Source: Syntrophorhabdaceae bacterium
GTDB lineage: Bacteria > Desulfobacterota > Syntrophorhabdia > Syntrophorhabdales > Syntrophorhabdaceae
Assembly (NCBI GenBank): GCA_963665295.1
Contig: OY762209.1
Span: forward strand, 1,536,001-1,600,000
Length of the DNA stretch: 64,000 bases
Direction of reading: 5' to 3'
The notes below the pieces were generated by a model. That model ran no database searches. It saw nothing but the letters and a program-made list of their open reading frames with translations, and had not been told where the DNA came from. Position numbers and translations under genes: made by a program. Positions 21,400-30,592 of this stretch are shown piece by piece. Within the stretch, counting starts at the first letter, position 1; every line of letters begins with the position of its first letter.

Positions 21400-23028
21400 A
21401 TGTATAGAGAATTCTTCGGTCTCAAGGAAAATCCCTTTTCCATTGCCCCGGACCCTCACTATTTTTATCTGAGCGAGGGGCACCGTGAGGCGCTGGCGCA
21501 TCTCATTTACGGGGTGAACAGCGAGGGCGGGTTCATACTTCTCACGGGCGAGGTGGGAACGGGCAAGACAACCGTGTGCCGGTGCCTCCTGGAGCAACTC
21601 CCGGGGAACGCCGATATCGCCTTCATTCTTAATCCGAAACTGACGGTGGAAGAACTTCTCGCCACGATCTGCGATGAGTTCGGCATCGCTTACCCTGAAA
21701 ATACGACGAGCAACAAGGTACTGGTGTCGCGCATCAATGAGTATCTCCTCGACGCTCACACAAAGGGGCGGAGGGCGATTCTCATAGTTGAGGAGGCCCA
21801 GAACCTGAGCGTGGAGTTGCTCGAGCAGATACGGCTTCTCACCAATCTCGAAACGAGTGAGCGGAAACTGCTTCAGATCATCATGCTGGGCCAGCCCGAA
21901 TTGAGGGAGATACTGGCCCGGCCTGAACTGCGCCAGCTTTCACAGCGCATCACCGCCCGTTACCATCTGGGTCCTCTCTCGAAGGAGGAGGTGCCGGAGT
22001 ACGTGAACCATCGCCTCACGGTGGCGGGTCTCGTGCGGGGGCGGATATTTCCCGCGCCCACCCTGCGGCGACTCTACCGGCTGACCGGCGGAGTGCCGCG
22101 GCTGATCAACGTCATATGCGACAGGGCGTTGACGGGGGCCTACGTGGAGGGGAAGGAAGAAGTTGACAGGAAGATCCTGGTCACCGCGGCACGGGAGGTT
22201 TCGGGCGCCGGTCTGAGGGAGGCAGGAAGGAGACGGGTGTACCAGGCAGTTGCCGCCGTGGCGGTACTTCTCCTTTGCGGGGCATTTATTGCGGCGTACT
22301 ACTCGGGGAGATTGAACGTGGCGGGGTCCGTCGCGCAGGCCCCGGAACTCCGGGCGTCCGACGGGGGGAAGGTGAAGGATGCAATGCCTACGGTCCCCGT
22401 CGTCGGTGAGAAGGCGGCGGCGGTCTTGCCGAGGGGCACGAAGGATACAGCCTACCTGGGCCTTTTCGACCTATGGCAGATCGCCTACGACGGCAAGGAC
22501 AGGCGCGGCGCACGGGAGCAGGCCGAAGAACAGGGACTGCAGTGGCTTGAGGAAAAGGGCGATATAAACGATCTCAGGCAGATGAACAGGCCCGCGGTGG
22601 TGAAGCTCGCGGACCCGGGGAACGGTGAGTACTACGGGGTCCTGACTTCGCTGAAAGGGGAGATGGCGACCATCTCCGTGGGGGGAGCGACGAGGTCTGT
22701 GACCGTGAAGGACCTGACGGCGGTTTGGTCGGGGGATTACGTACTCCTCTGGCGTGCGCCCGCGGGGTATAAAGGAAAACTGAAGCAGGGCAGCCGGGGA
22801 CCGGTAGTGGCATGGCTTGACAGGCAACTGGCAAAGGTTCAGGGGCGACAGCCCGGAACAGGGCGACAGTCCGTATATGACGAGGAGATGGCGAAGCATG
22901 TAATGGCCTTCCAGAGCGCCTCCGGGCTCGAACCCGACGGGGTAACCGGTGTAAGGACCTTGGTATGCCTCACAGGAAGAGCGGGCAGCGGCGGACCCAC
23001 CCTAGAGGACCACAAGGGGGGTTACTAG
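21400..23028 (+). CDS. exeA: ExeA/GspA AAA ATPase with TM and C-terminal peptidoglycan-binding domain
   Basis: MY..FFGL.ENPFSIAPDP, GEVGTGKTT, EEAQNL, GVPRLINVICDRAL and C-terminal AFQ...GL.PDGV.G..T. Confidence 0.92.
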   Translation: MYREFFGLKENPFSIAPDPHYFYLSEGHREALAHLIYGVNSEGGFILLTGEVGTGKTTVCRCLLEQLPGNADIAFILNPKLTVEELLATICDEFGIAYPENTTSNKVLVSRINEYLLDAHTKGRRAILIVEEAQNLSVELLEQIRLLTNLETSERKLLQIIMLGQPELREILARPELRQLSQRITARYHLGPLSKEEVPEYVNHRLTVAGLVRGRIFPAPTLRRLYRLTGGVPRLINVICDRALTGAYVEGKEEVDRKILVTAAREVSGAGLREAGRRRVYQAVAAVAVLLLCGAFIAAYYSGRLNVAGSVAQAPELRASDGGKVKDAMPTVPVVGEKAAAVLPRGTKDTAYLGLFDLWQIAYDGKDRRGAREQAEEQGLQWLEEKGDINDLRQMNRPAVVKLADPGNGEYYGVLTSLKGEMATISVGGATRSVTVKDLTAVWSGDYVLLWRAPAGYKGKLKQGSRGPVVAWLDRQLAKVQGRQPGTGRQSVYDEEMAKHVMAFQSASGLEPDGVTGVRTLVCLTGRAGSGGPTLEDHKGGY

Positions 23029-23030
23029 GG

Positions 23031-23759
23031 ATGTCGTACATACTCGAAGCCCTGAAGAAACTCGAGCAGAAACGTCAACAGGAAAAGAATTTCACCTTCC
23101 TTACCCTTCAGGGGCAAGTCCCCGGGGCAGCGAAGAAACGACGCATCTGGCCCTATGTGCTTTGCGCAGCCCTTTTCGTGAACGCGGGGGCGATTGTGTG
23201 GTGGATAGGGCCCTGGAAGGAGGGCGGGAAGATTGTCCCCCACGAACAGCCGCGGCCGAAGGCCGTGAGCGAGCGTCAAGCAGCGGTCGGGGCTCCTCCC
23301 ACAACAAGCGCCGGGGCACGGGGAGAAGAGACGAAGAAGGCCGTTGAGGCCAAGGCAACGGAGAAACCGGCTGTTGAGCGTCCCGTGAAAGAGGCGGGCC
23401 CCGCACATGGGGCAGCGGAGAAAAAGAAGGCTACGGCTCAAAAGCGGGCGTCGGAGGCGGTGGAACAGGCTGAGGCGGAACCCCATACACCGCCCGAACC
23501 GAAGCCGCCCGCCGACAGGAGGGTGTTCAGGATCACGGAACTTCCGTCCATGGTGTCCAAGGAACTTCCCGAGTTGAAAATGTCCCTCCATTACTATATT
23601 GCGGAGCCCCACGCGCGGTTCGCAAGGATCAATGACAAGACCCTCAAGGAAGGCCAGTCCCTCGCCCAGGGACTTAAGGTGGACGAGATCACCGCTACGG
23701 GGGTGGTGATGAATTTCAAGGGCTGGCGGTTTCAGATCGGCATCAACGAAAGCCGGTGA
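23031..23759 (+). CDS. exeB: ExeB/GspB general secretion pathway protein B
   Basis: MSYILEALKK start (ATG 23031), a single TM, Pro/Ala/Lys linker and C-terminal ..HYY..EP..RFARIN...EG. Confidence 0.88.
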   Translation: MSYILEALKKLEQKRQQEKNFTFLTLQGQVPGAAKKRRIWPYVLCAALFVNAGAIVWWIGPWKEGGKIVPHEQPRPKAVSERQAAVGAPPTTSAGARGEETKKAVEAKATEKPAVERPVKEAGPAHGAAEKKKATAQKRASEAVEQAEAEPHTPPEPKPPADRRVFRITELPSMVSKELPELKMSLHYYIAEPHARFARINDKTLKEGQSLAQGLKVDEITATGVVMNFKGWRFQIGINESR

Positions 23760-23884
23760 CGGACACCGGAGCTTCTTGCGAGGGCGAAGGCGGAAATTGT
23801 GTCCCCTCGCGCTTAAATAGCCCCAGGGACCCGGAGCGGGTCCGGGCGGGCAGCGGCCATGACGGAAGGTTCTTCTTTAAATTC

Positions 23885-23914
23885 TTGATTTTTTAGCAGA
23901 AGGCGTTGTAAAAT
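23885..23914 (+). promoter_or_regulatory. Candidate sigma70 promoter of the fusA-like gene
   Basis: TTGATT-N18-TAAAAT about 45 nt upstream of the ATG. Confidence 0.45.
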
Positions 23915-23958
23915 TCACAGGATTCAGTCAACATCGAATATCGGGGAAAGGAGTTTTC

Positions 23959-26061
23959 ATGAAAAAGTATGAGCCTGTAACAATCAGAAATGCAGGGATA
24001 TTTTCGCACGGAGGGGAGGGCAAAACGTCTATTGTTGAGGCTATGCTTTTTCTTTCAGGAGAAAACACGAGACTTGGTAGGGTAGACGACGGCACGTCGC
24101 TAATGGACTACGAACCCGAAGAGGTGGAGCGGAAGGTAACGATCTCTTCTTCTGTCGCATCCTTCGAGTGGGGAAAGAACAAGATCAATTTTGTAGATAC
24201 CCCCGGAGACGACAACTTTGTGGCCGACGCAAAATCGTGCATGCGGGTTGTAGACGGCGCGGTGGTTGTGGTGGGAGCGGTATCGGGCGTTCAGGTGCAG
24301 ACGGAAAAGGTGTGGCAGTATGCGGATGAGTTCGAGATTCCCTCTATGGTATTTATCAATAAGATGGACAGGGAGCGCGCCGATTTTGAAAGGGCCCTTG
24401 CGGATGTGCAGAAGAGCTTTTCCGACAAGTCAATCCTTGCAATCCAGCTTCCCATAGGAAAAGAGGAGAACTTCAAAGGCGTTGTCGACCTTCTCGCCAT
24501 GAAGGCCTATGTCTTCAAGGGTGACGGCAGCGGGGCTTTCGATACGGTCGCCATACCTGCGGAATACCAGGCCGAGGCCGACAAATACCGGGAGAAGCTC
24601 GTCGAGACGGCAGTCGAGACGGATGACGAAATAATGGAGCGTTATCTCAATGGGGACGAGATAACGGAGGAAGAGATAGAGAAATGTCTCAGGGAAGGCA
24701 TTTGGCAGAGGAAGATCGCGCCCGTCATTTGTGGTTCGGCCGCGAAGAACATAGGCGTACAGATGCTCCTCGACACCATCACGAGATATTTCCCGCCGCC
24801 AATATACAAGGGCGAGGCGGAAGGGATCGACCCTAAGACGGGAAACCCCGTGAAAAGGACCGTCTCAGCGGAGCAACCCTTCAGCGCCTTCGTCTTCAAG
24901 ACCATCACCGATCCTTTTGCTGGGAAGCTGACCCTCTTCAGGGTTTACTCCGGTGAGATCCATCCCGACATGACGGTGCTCAATACCACGAACGACGAGA
25001 AGGAAAGGATAGGACAGATATTCTACCTTGTAGGAAAAAAACAGAAACCCGCCGGTTTTGCCTCCGCCGGGGATATTGCGGTAATTGCAAAGCTCAAGAA
25101 CACCGGGACAGGGGACACGCTCTGCGATGAAAAGGCGCCCATAAAGTACCCTGCCGTGGTGAGCGCTCCACCCCTCATCTCCTTTTCTCTCCAGCCGAAG
25201 GCAAAGGGCGATGAAGACAAGCTCAATACCTCCCTTTCCCGGCTCATGGAAGAGGACCAGACAGTGAAGTACACCAGGGACGACCAGACGAAGGAGTTCA
25301 TATTGTCCGGCATGGGTCAGGTGCACATCGAGGTGATCGTCGAGAGAATGAAGAGGAAATTCGGCGTGGACGTGGAACTCAAAGAGCCGAAGGTGCCTTA
25401 CAAGGAAACCATCAAAGGGACCGTCAAGATTCAGGGTAAATACAAGAAGCAGTCCGGCGGCAAGGGCCAGTACGGCGACACGTGGCTTGAACTCGCGCCC
25501 CTTCCCAAGGGGACGGGATTTGAGTTCGTGGATAAGATAGTGGGCGGCGCGATCCCGAGGCAGTATATACCCGCCGTTGAAAAAGGCATCGTGGAAGCCA
25601 TGAACCAGGGCATGCTCGCCGGTTACCCCGTAACCGATTTTAAGGTCACCCTCTACGACGGATCGTATCACGATGTTGACTCTTCTGAAATGGCCTTCAA
25701 GATCGCCGCATCCATGGGCTTCAAGAAAGGCCTGGAAATGGCCCATCCCACCCTCCTCGAACCGATCATGAAGATCGAGGTCATAGTCCCCGACGAGTAC
25801 ATGGGGGACATCATGGGTGACCTCAATTCGAGAAGGGGCAAGATAATCGGCGTGGAGTCAAAGGGTCACAACCAGGTGGTAAAGGCTGCGGTCCCTATGG
25901 CGGAAATTCTCAAATACGCACCGGACCTTAAATCGATGACCGGCGGCAGGGGCACATTCACCATAGAATTCTCTCACCTGGAGGAAGTCCCGGCCCACAT
26001 ACTGCCTAAGATAGTTGAAGCGGCAAAGAAGGAAAAGGAGTTGCTGGAGAAGGAGAAGTAA
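23959..26061 (+). CDS. fusA: Elongation factor G paralog (EF-G2-type)
   Basis: Full EF-G domain order (NKMD, GMGQVHIE, KKQSGG.GQYG, DGSYHDVDSSEMAF, SMTGGRG) but non-canonical G motifs; not in the rpsL-rpsG operon. Confidence 0.92.
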   Translation: MKKYEPVTIRNAGIFSHGGEGKTSIVEAMLFLSGENTRLGRVDDGTSLMDYEPEEVERKVTISSSVASFEWGKNKINFVDTPGDDNFVADAKSCMRVVDGAVVVVGAVSGVQVQTEKVWQYADEFEIPSMVFINKMDRERADFERALADVQKSFSDKSILAIQLPIGKEENFKGVVDLLAMKAYVFKGDGSGAFDTVAIPAEYQAEADKYREKLVETAVETDDEIMERYLNGDEITEEEIEKCLREGIWQRKIAPVICGSAAKNIGVQMLLDTITRYFPPPIYKGEAEGIDPKTGNPVKRTVSAEQPFSAFVFKTITDPFAGKLTLFRVYSGEIHPDMTVLNTTNDEKERIGQIFYLVGKKQKPAGFASAGDIAVIAKLKNTGTGDTLCDEKAPIKYPAVVSAPPLISFSLQPKAKGDEDKLNTSLSRLMEEDQTVKYTRDDQTKEFILSGMGQVHIEVIVERMKRKFGVDVELKEPKVPYKETIKGTVKIQGKYKKQSGGKGQYGDTWLELAPLPKGTGFEFVDKIVGGAIPRQYIPAVEKGIVEAMNQGMLAGYPVTDFKVTLYDGSYHDVDSSEMAFKIAASMGFKKGLEMAHPTLLEPIMKIEVIVPDEYMGDIMGDLNSRRGKIIGVESKGHNQVVKAAVPMAEILKYAPDLKSMTGGRGTFTIEFSHLEEVPAHILPKIVEAAKKEKELLEKEK

Positions 26062-26081
26062 GAACCCATACGAGCGCATTG

Positions 26082-26122
26082 CAGGGGGTTGAGGGGCTTT
26101 CGATAGGTTCCTCAACCCCCTG
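26082..26122 (+). terminator. Stable hairpin (terminator or RNA-processing/stabilising stem) after fusA-like gene
   Basis: CAGGGGGTTGAGG...CCTCAACCCCCTG inverted repeat with a weak U-tail. Confidence 0.6.
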
Positions 26123-26154
26123 TTCTATAGAAGGGAATCTACAGGAGGCCTCTC

Positions 26155-26598
26155 GTGAGAACGGTGATTCAACGGGTCAAAAGGGCGAGTGTGGAGGTGG
26201 AAGGCAGGGTCGTGGGTGAAATAGGCCCGGGCCTCCTCGTGCTTGTGGGCATAAGCCAGGACGATACCCTTAAGGATATCGCGTGGATGGCCGACAAGGT
26301 CGCAAACCTGAGGATTTTCGAGACGGAAGAGGGCAAGCTCGACAAATCCCTCCTTGACATCAAGGGAGAGCTCCTTCTTGTTTCCCAGTTCACCCTTTAC
26401 GGGGATTGTTCCAAAGGCCGCAGGCCCTCCTTCTCCCGCGCCATGGGTGCGGCGGATGCGAAGAAGTCATTCGAGTTTTTTGTGGAAAAGATGCGTGAAA
26501 AAGTGGATAAGGTGGAAACAGGCGTATTTCAGGCAACCATGGAGGTTGCCCTGATAAACGACGGGCCTGTCACCCTCATAATAGACTCCAGGCCCTGA
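26155..26598 (+). CDS. dtd: D-aminoacyl-tRNA deacylase
   Basis: Motifs MR.VIQRV, LRIF, SQFTL, GRRPSF and NDGPVT. Confidence 0.97.
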   Translation: MRTVIQRVKRASVEVEGRVVGEIGPGLLVLVGISQDDTLKDIAWMADKVANLRIFETEEGKLDKSLLDIKGELLLVSQFTLYGDCSKGRRPSFSRAMGAADAKKSFEFFVEKMREKVDKVETGVFQATMEVALINDGPVTLIIDSRP

Positions 26599-26608
26599 TT
26601 GCCCCGGA

Positions 26609-26893
26609 TCAGGTCATCTTTTCGATGAATTCAAATATGGGAATTGCGGCGTGGGTCTGGAGCTGCAGGGTACCCCGGGCGCCCAGTTCGACGGAAACCT
26701 TGGCAATGGCCTCGTTATTGGCGGCCTCCAGGATGGTCACGAAATCATACTCGCCGATGACCGCATACTGAGCGATGATCTTGGCGCCCATCTTTTCGAC
26801 TTCCTTATCGACTTCCTTTATTCTTTCCGGATTATTCTTTATGGTCTTCCTGCCTTCATCGGTCAGGGTTGTAAACATTACATATATTGGCAT
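26609..26893 (-). CDS. GYD domain protein
   Basis: MPIYVMFTTLTDEG...GEYDFVTILEA; ATG at 26893 preceded by AAGGGG. Confidence 0.85.
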   Translation of the reverse strand: MPIYVMFTTLTDEGRKTIKNNPERIKEVDKEVEKMGAKIIAQYAVIGEYDFVTILEAANNEAIAKVSVELGARGTLQLQTHAAIPIFEFIEKMT

Positions 26894-26961
26894 TTTGGCT
26901 ACCCCCTTATCAACGGTATACAACCTTTTATATCATCGCGGCCTCGGTTGTCAACTGTTTT

Positions 26962-28014
26962 TTACCAGGCCTTCTTTATGACGCCGCCCGCGGCCACCCG
27001 GTCTTCCCGGTAAAGCACCACCGACTGTCCCGGGGTGATGGCGTGGAGGGGCTCGTCGAATTCAACCTCCAGGGTATCACCGGAAACGCGGTACGTGCAC
27101 GGCGTCTCGCCCTGCCTGTACCGGACCTTGCCCGTTGCGCGACCGGGTGTTGGGTCGAAGATGTTGATCTCGTCGGCCACGAGCCTTGTTTGCTTCAGGT
27201 GTTCCTTTGTCCCCAGGATCACCGCGTTCTCGGTAGCCCTGATCTCCACCACGTAAAGGGGTTCGGAATAGGGAATGCCGAGTCCCCTGCGCTGGCCCAC
27301 GGTGTAGAGGTGGATGCCTTCGTGGGTGCCGAGGCGGGTACCGTCCACGTGGTAGAAGGGGCCTTTCTTGAGACCGATGAACCGGGAAAGGAACTCCCGG
27401 TAATCGGCCCCGGGCACGAAGCATATGTCCTGGCTTTCGCGGACCTTCGCAGGGTCCCATCGGATGAGGTGGGAGCGCTGCTTCAGTTCCTCTTTGATCT
27501 CTCCGCCCAGGGGGAAGAGGATGGATTTGAGGAGGTTTTCCTGGATGGGGTAGAGGAAGTAGGTCTGGTCCTTGGCAGGGTCCATGCTCTTCCTGAGGGT
27601 CCAGCCCTCGGCGGTCTCCTCGATGGCGGCGTAGTGCCCCGTGGCGATCTTCTCGCCGCCGATGGAGAGGGCCTTGCGGTAGAAGGAGGAGAATTTTATG
27701 TATTTGTTGCAGAGGATGCAGGGGTTGGGGGTGCGGCCCGCCCTGTACTCGTCGATGAAGCGGTCGATCACGTAGCGCTGAAAGTCCTCGCGCAGGTTTA
27801 TCACGTAGTGGCGGATGGAAAGGTCGTCGGCGACGCGTCGGGCCCGTGCGATGGTGTCGAGGGAGCAGCAGGCCTTGGGGTTGGCGACATCCTTGATGTA
27901 GGAGGGCAGAAGTTGGTAAGTGATGCCCACCACCTCGTACCCCTGCCGCTTCAGCATGTAAGCCGCAAAGGAGCTGTCCATTCCCCCGCTCATAGCCACG
28001 AAAACCTTCTCCAT
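26962..28014 (-). CDS. mnmA: tRNA-specific 2-thiouridylase MnmA
   Basis: Motifs AMSGGMDSS, TPNPCILCN, ATGHYA, KDQTYFL, ESQDICF, YTVGQRRGL and ITPGQ. Confidence 0.97.
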   Translation of the reverse strand: MEKVFVAMSGGMDSSFAAYMLKRQGYEVVGITYQLLPSYIKDVANPKACCSLDTIARARRVADDLSIRHYVINLREDFQRYVIDRFIDEYRAGRTPNPCILCNKYIKFSSFYRKALSIGGEKIATGHYAAIEETAEGWTLRKSMDPAKDQTYFLYPIQENLLKSILFPLGGEIKEELKQRSHLIRWDPAKVRESQDICFVPGADYREFLSRFIGLKKGPFYHVDGTRLGTHEGIHLYTVGQRRGLGIPYSEPLYVVEIRATENAVILGTKEHLKQTRLVADEINIFDPTPGRATGKVRYRQGETPCTYRVSGDTLEVEFDEPLHAITPGQSVVLYREDRVAAGGVIKKAW

Positions 28015-28144
28015 GGCAAGAAGATACCATAGGCCGTGCTCTCCGTCAAAGCACGAGAGGCACTCAGCAGCAGCAGGAGGAGGAGGAGAGCGGGGCGGAG
28101 GGAAGGGAGGGACAATGGAGGGTTTTACGGAGTTTCACTTGGAC

Positions 28145-28282
28145 GGACGGCCGCACGGGGCGAATGCTCCATCTCCGCCGCTCTGCAAAGGTACGCGTGC
28201 TCTGCCGTACATCCAGTACGGCGACGCCCCACGAACCTTCACAGAGCAACGAATCTGAAGCATCCACCCCGTGCGGCCGTCC
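28145..28282. repeat. 138-nt imperfect palindrome (REP/REPIN- or MITE-like element)
   Basis: Perfect 16-bp terminal inverted repeat GGACGGCCGCACGGGG / CCCCGTGCGGCCGTCC, nested paired segments, and central GCCGTAC-ATCCA-GTACGGC. Confidence 0.75.
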
Positions 28283-28320
28283 ACTCGACCCCGGCATCTA
28301 TTAATTCATAAGAAGATAAA

Positions 28321-28419
28321 GGATGCCGGGAGAGAGAAGAGAAGGGAAGAGAAGAGAAGAGGAACATGACAACGGATACCGGGAGAGAGAAGAGAAGGGA
28401 GAGAGAAGAGGAACATGAC
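28321..28419 (+). repeat. Purine-rich tandem direct repeat (2 copies, 50 and 46 nt)
   Basis: GGAT(G/A)CCGGGAGAGAGAAGAGAAGGGA...GAGAAGAGGAACATGAC at 28321-28370 and 28374-28419. Confidence 0.85.
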
Positions 28420-28488
28420 GTGTATTTTCCTTGCAAAATGGTCGCAACAGAAGGAAAATAACAGGGGGAACAAAACCCAGGAGGTCAC

Positions 28489-29379
28489 ATGAGAGGCACG
28501 CTTCATATTATAGGCGGCGACTACGCAGGGAATAGTCTTGCAAAGTCCGGCATTCCGGGAGAAGTATTTGTGTGGCATGACATATTGTACGACGGCCCGC
28601 GGAATCCCGGCCGGCCTGACGACGCGACTCTCGAAGCCCGTGCGCAGTTTCTTGAGCAGGCGACCGGCGGGGGACTGAAAAGGGAGCATATCGTGGGCAC
28701 CCTGAAGGACCAGTACCGGAAACTGGCGGACGCGGCGGGCTACGAGCGAATTGTGCTCTGGTTTGACGCGTGCCTGTTCGACCAATCCATGCTTGTCCAT
28801 ATCCTTGCGTGCATGGCGCAACGGGACATCAGGAAGGCTGAGTTACTCTGCGTTGACGCGTTTCCCGGGATTGAACCTTATAATGGACTGGGCCAGCTTC
28901 AGCCATCCCAATTCGCTGGCGTGTACGCTCAGCGTCGCCCGGTCACGGACGCCCAGTTCCAATTTGCCAAGGTTGCCGATAAGGCGTTTGCCGATCAGGA
29001 TCTGCCGCTTTTGACCGAGTTGTCGCTGAGGGTTGATGCGCCCTTACCATGGGTTCCGGCTGCTGTGAAACGATGGCTTCAGGAACTGCCGGAACCTGTA
29101 ACCGGCCTGGGAAGGCTTGAGTATCTCGCCCTGGAAACTATTCGCGCCGGTTGCGAAAGGCCGGCTGAAATCCTCTCAGCCGTGGCGGCCCGGGATAAGC
29201 CCCCGCTTTTTTGGGGAGACACCACATTGTGGTCAAAGATCAACGCCCTGGCGGATCGAAACCCGCCGCTCGTCCGGATAGAGGGCCCGGCGGACCGGTT
29301 GCCCCAATGGGAAACTGATCTGGATTTGAAAAGTTTTCGTATCAAAAGCCTGCCGCATAAACCGAATGCGGACCATTAG
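28489..29379 (+). CDS. DUF1835-like protein
   Basis: LHI..GD.A..SL..SGIPG...W.D.L..GP, VLWFD.CLFDQ, RWLQELP...GL..LE and FWGD; SD GGAGG. Confidence 0.75.
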   Translation: MRGTLHIIGGDYAGNSLAKSGIPGEVFVWHDILYDGPRNPGRPDDATLEARAQFLEQATGGGLKREHIVGTLKDQYRKLADAAGYERIVLWFDACLFDQSMLVHILACMAQRDIRKAELLCVDAFPGIEPYNGLGQLQPSQFAGVYAQRRPVTDAQFQFAKVADKAFADQDLPLLTELSLRVDAPLPWVPAAVKRWLQELPEPVTGLGRLEYLALETIRAGCERPAEILSAVAARDKPPLFWGDTTLWSKINALADRNPPLVRIEGPADRLPQWETDLDLKSFRIKSLPHKPNADH

Positions 29380-29598
29380 CAATAGCTCAACTGTTATATA
29401 ATATCGAGCCGACCGTGCAGCCAATTTTGGCTGCAAATAGATCCCCATAAAGACGGCATGGAGCAGTACGTTCCCAGCCAACTTAATGAACCGCCGTCTG
29501 CTCGCCGGATCCTTGACCTCTTCTCGTCCAATTTCCAATTGAACAAAATGTATTATTCTGTTCAATAGTGCGCTAATGATCAATGGATTTGTTTAATC

Positions 29599-30279
29599 TC
29601 ACCACTCAAGGCTGGCTTTCCCTCCTCTTGGGGCTCCCTCTATGTCACATCGGCCCGTGGATTTGCCACACTCAGGGCATTTTCGGACGCCACTATGAAT
29701 GCGCGTGCCGCTTACAATGAAAACCTTGCTGCAATGCGGGCATTTGAACGCGGCGGCGTTGCCGACCCAGTCTTCATCGTGGCCTAAGTTTTGTTGATTG
29801 AGTTCCCGTTTAGGCATCTTCACCCCCTCTGTTTCTCTTGAAAGTTCCTTTAACAATCTTTTTTTCCAGAAAAAGTGCTTATAAATGATAGTTCTTATTA
29901 AATAAATTATAATGAACCATTTACCGCAAACGCAGAAGCTTATCAGAGGTGCCCACAGACTTCCCTCATGGTATTCAGGTGCAAGAGTAATGAAGAGAAT
30001 AACGGTAAGCAATATCCAAAGGACGAACAGTGCTCTTATGGTGTTTTTATAGAACCGCTTACTTTCTTGTTTCCATCTCTGATCGGAGTTTGTAACATTG
30101 CGGTCATCATCTAACTGATACTGCTTAACTTCGTCTGAAAATAGCAGTTGGCATTTCTCATTTTTGCAATAATAGTATTCCCTACCTGTACTCAAACAGT
30201 TTGCACAAAAATATTTACCACAGGAATGGCAAATAGACATGGCATCTTCATCGGGATGAGTAGAGCATTTATCTTTCAT
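29599..30279 (-). CDS. B-box-type zinc finger + two TM segments + C-terminal zinc ribbon (probable chimeric ORF; internal start at 29817)
   Basis: C..HP...A...C..CGK.FC..C......YC...C, then hydrophobic helices, then CPHC...CPECG. The 5' part is AT-rich. Confidence 0.65.
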   Translation of the reverse strand: MKDKCSTHPDEDAMSICHSCGKYFCANCLSTGREYYYCKNEKCQLLFSDEVKQYQLDDDRNVTNSDQRWKQESKRFYKNTIRALFVLWILLTVILFITLAPEYHEGSLWAPLISFCVCGKWFIIIYLIRTIIYKHFFWKKRLLKELSRETEGVKMPKRELNQQNLGHDEDWVGNAAAFKCPHCSKVFIVSGTRIHSGVRKCPECGKSTGRCDIEGAPRGGKASLEW

Positions 30280-30592
30280 CTTTTCTACTCTTGAGCATAA
30301 CAAATAATTCGAACAACATAAATAATGTTTCTAGCCTTTTCCAATTTTCGTATTGACCAAAATATAGTATTACTTTCAATACGAGAAAAGGCGGTGTGTT
30401 AACAGCAAAGGTTTGTGGGCCGCCTCCTAGCCCGGCATCGAACAAAATGCACAGCCGGAAAGCATTTCGGCGAATAAAGAATTGAAGGACATGTGCACAG
30501 CGACTGTAAGCGAACCATCCTGCTGCATTTGCCAGGTCGTGGACCTTTTGGCCGTAATATGTAATACCCTCGATGTGATCCCGACTATGCCG

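Noticed and set aside
28321..28419. CRISPR array
   Set aside because: Only two low-complexity units separated by 3 nt, with no spacers and no cas genes.
29340..29440. Integron attC site after the DUF1835-like gene
   Set aside because: I could not identify matching RYYYAAC/GTTRRRY boxes with a paired core, and there is no integrase in the window.
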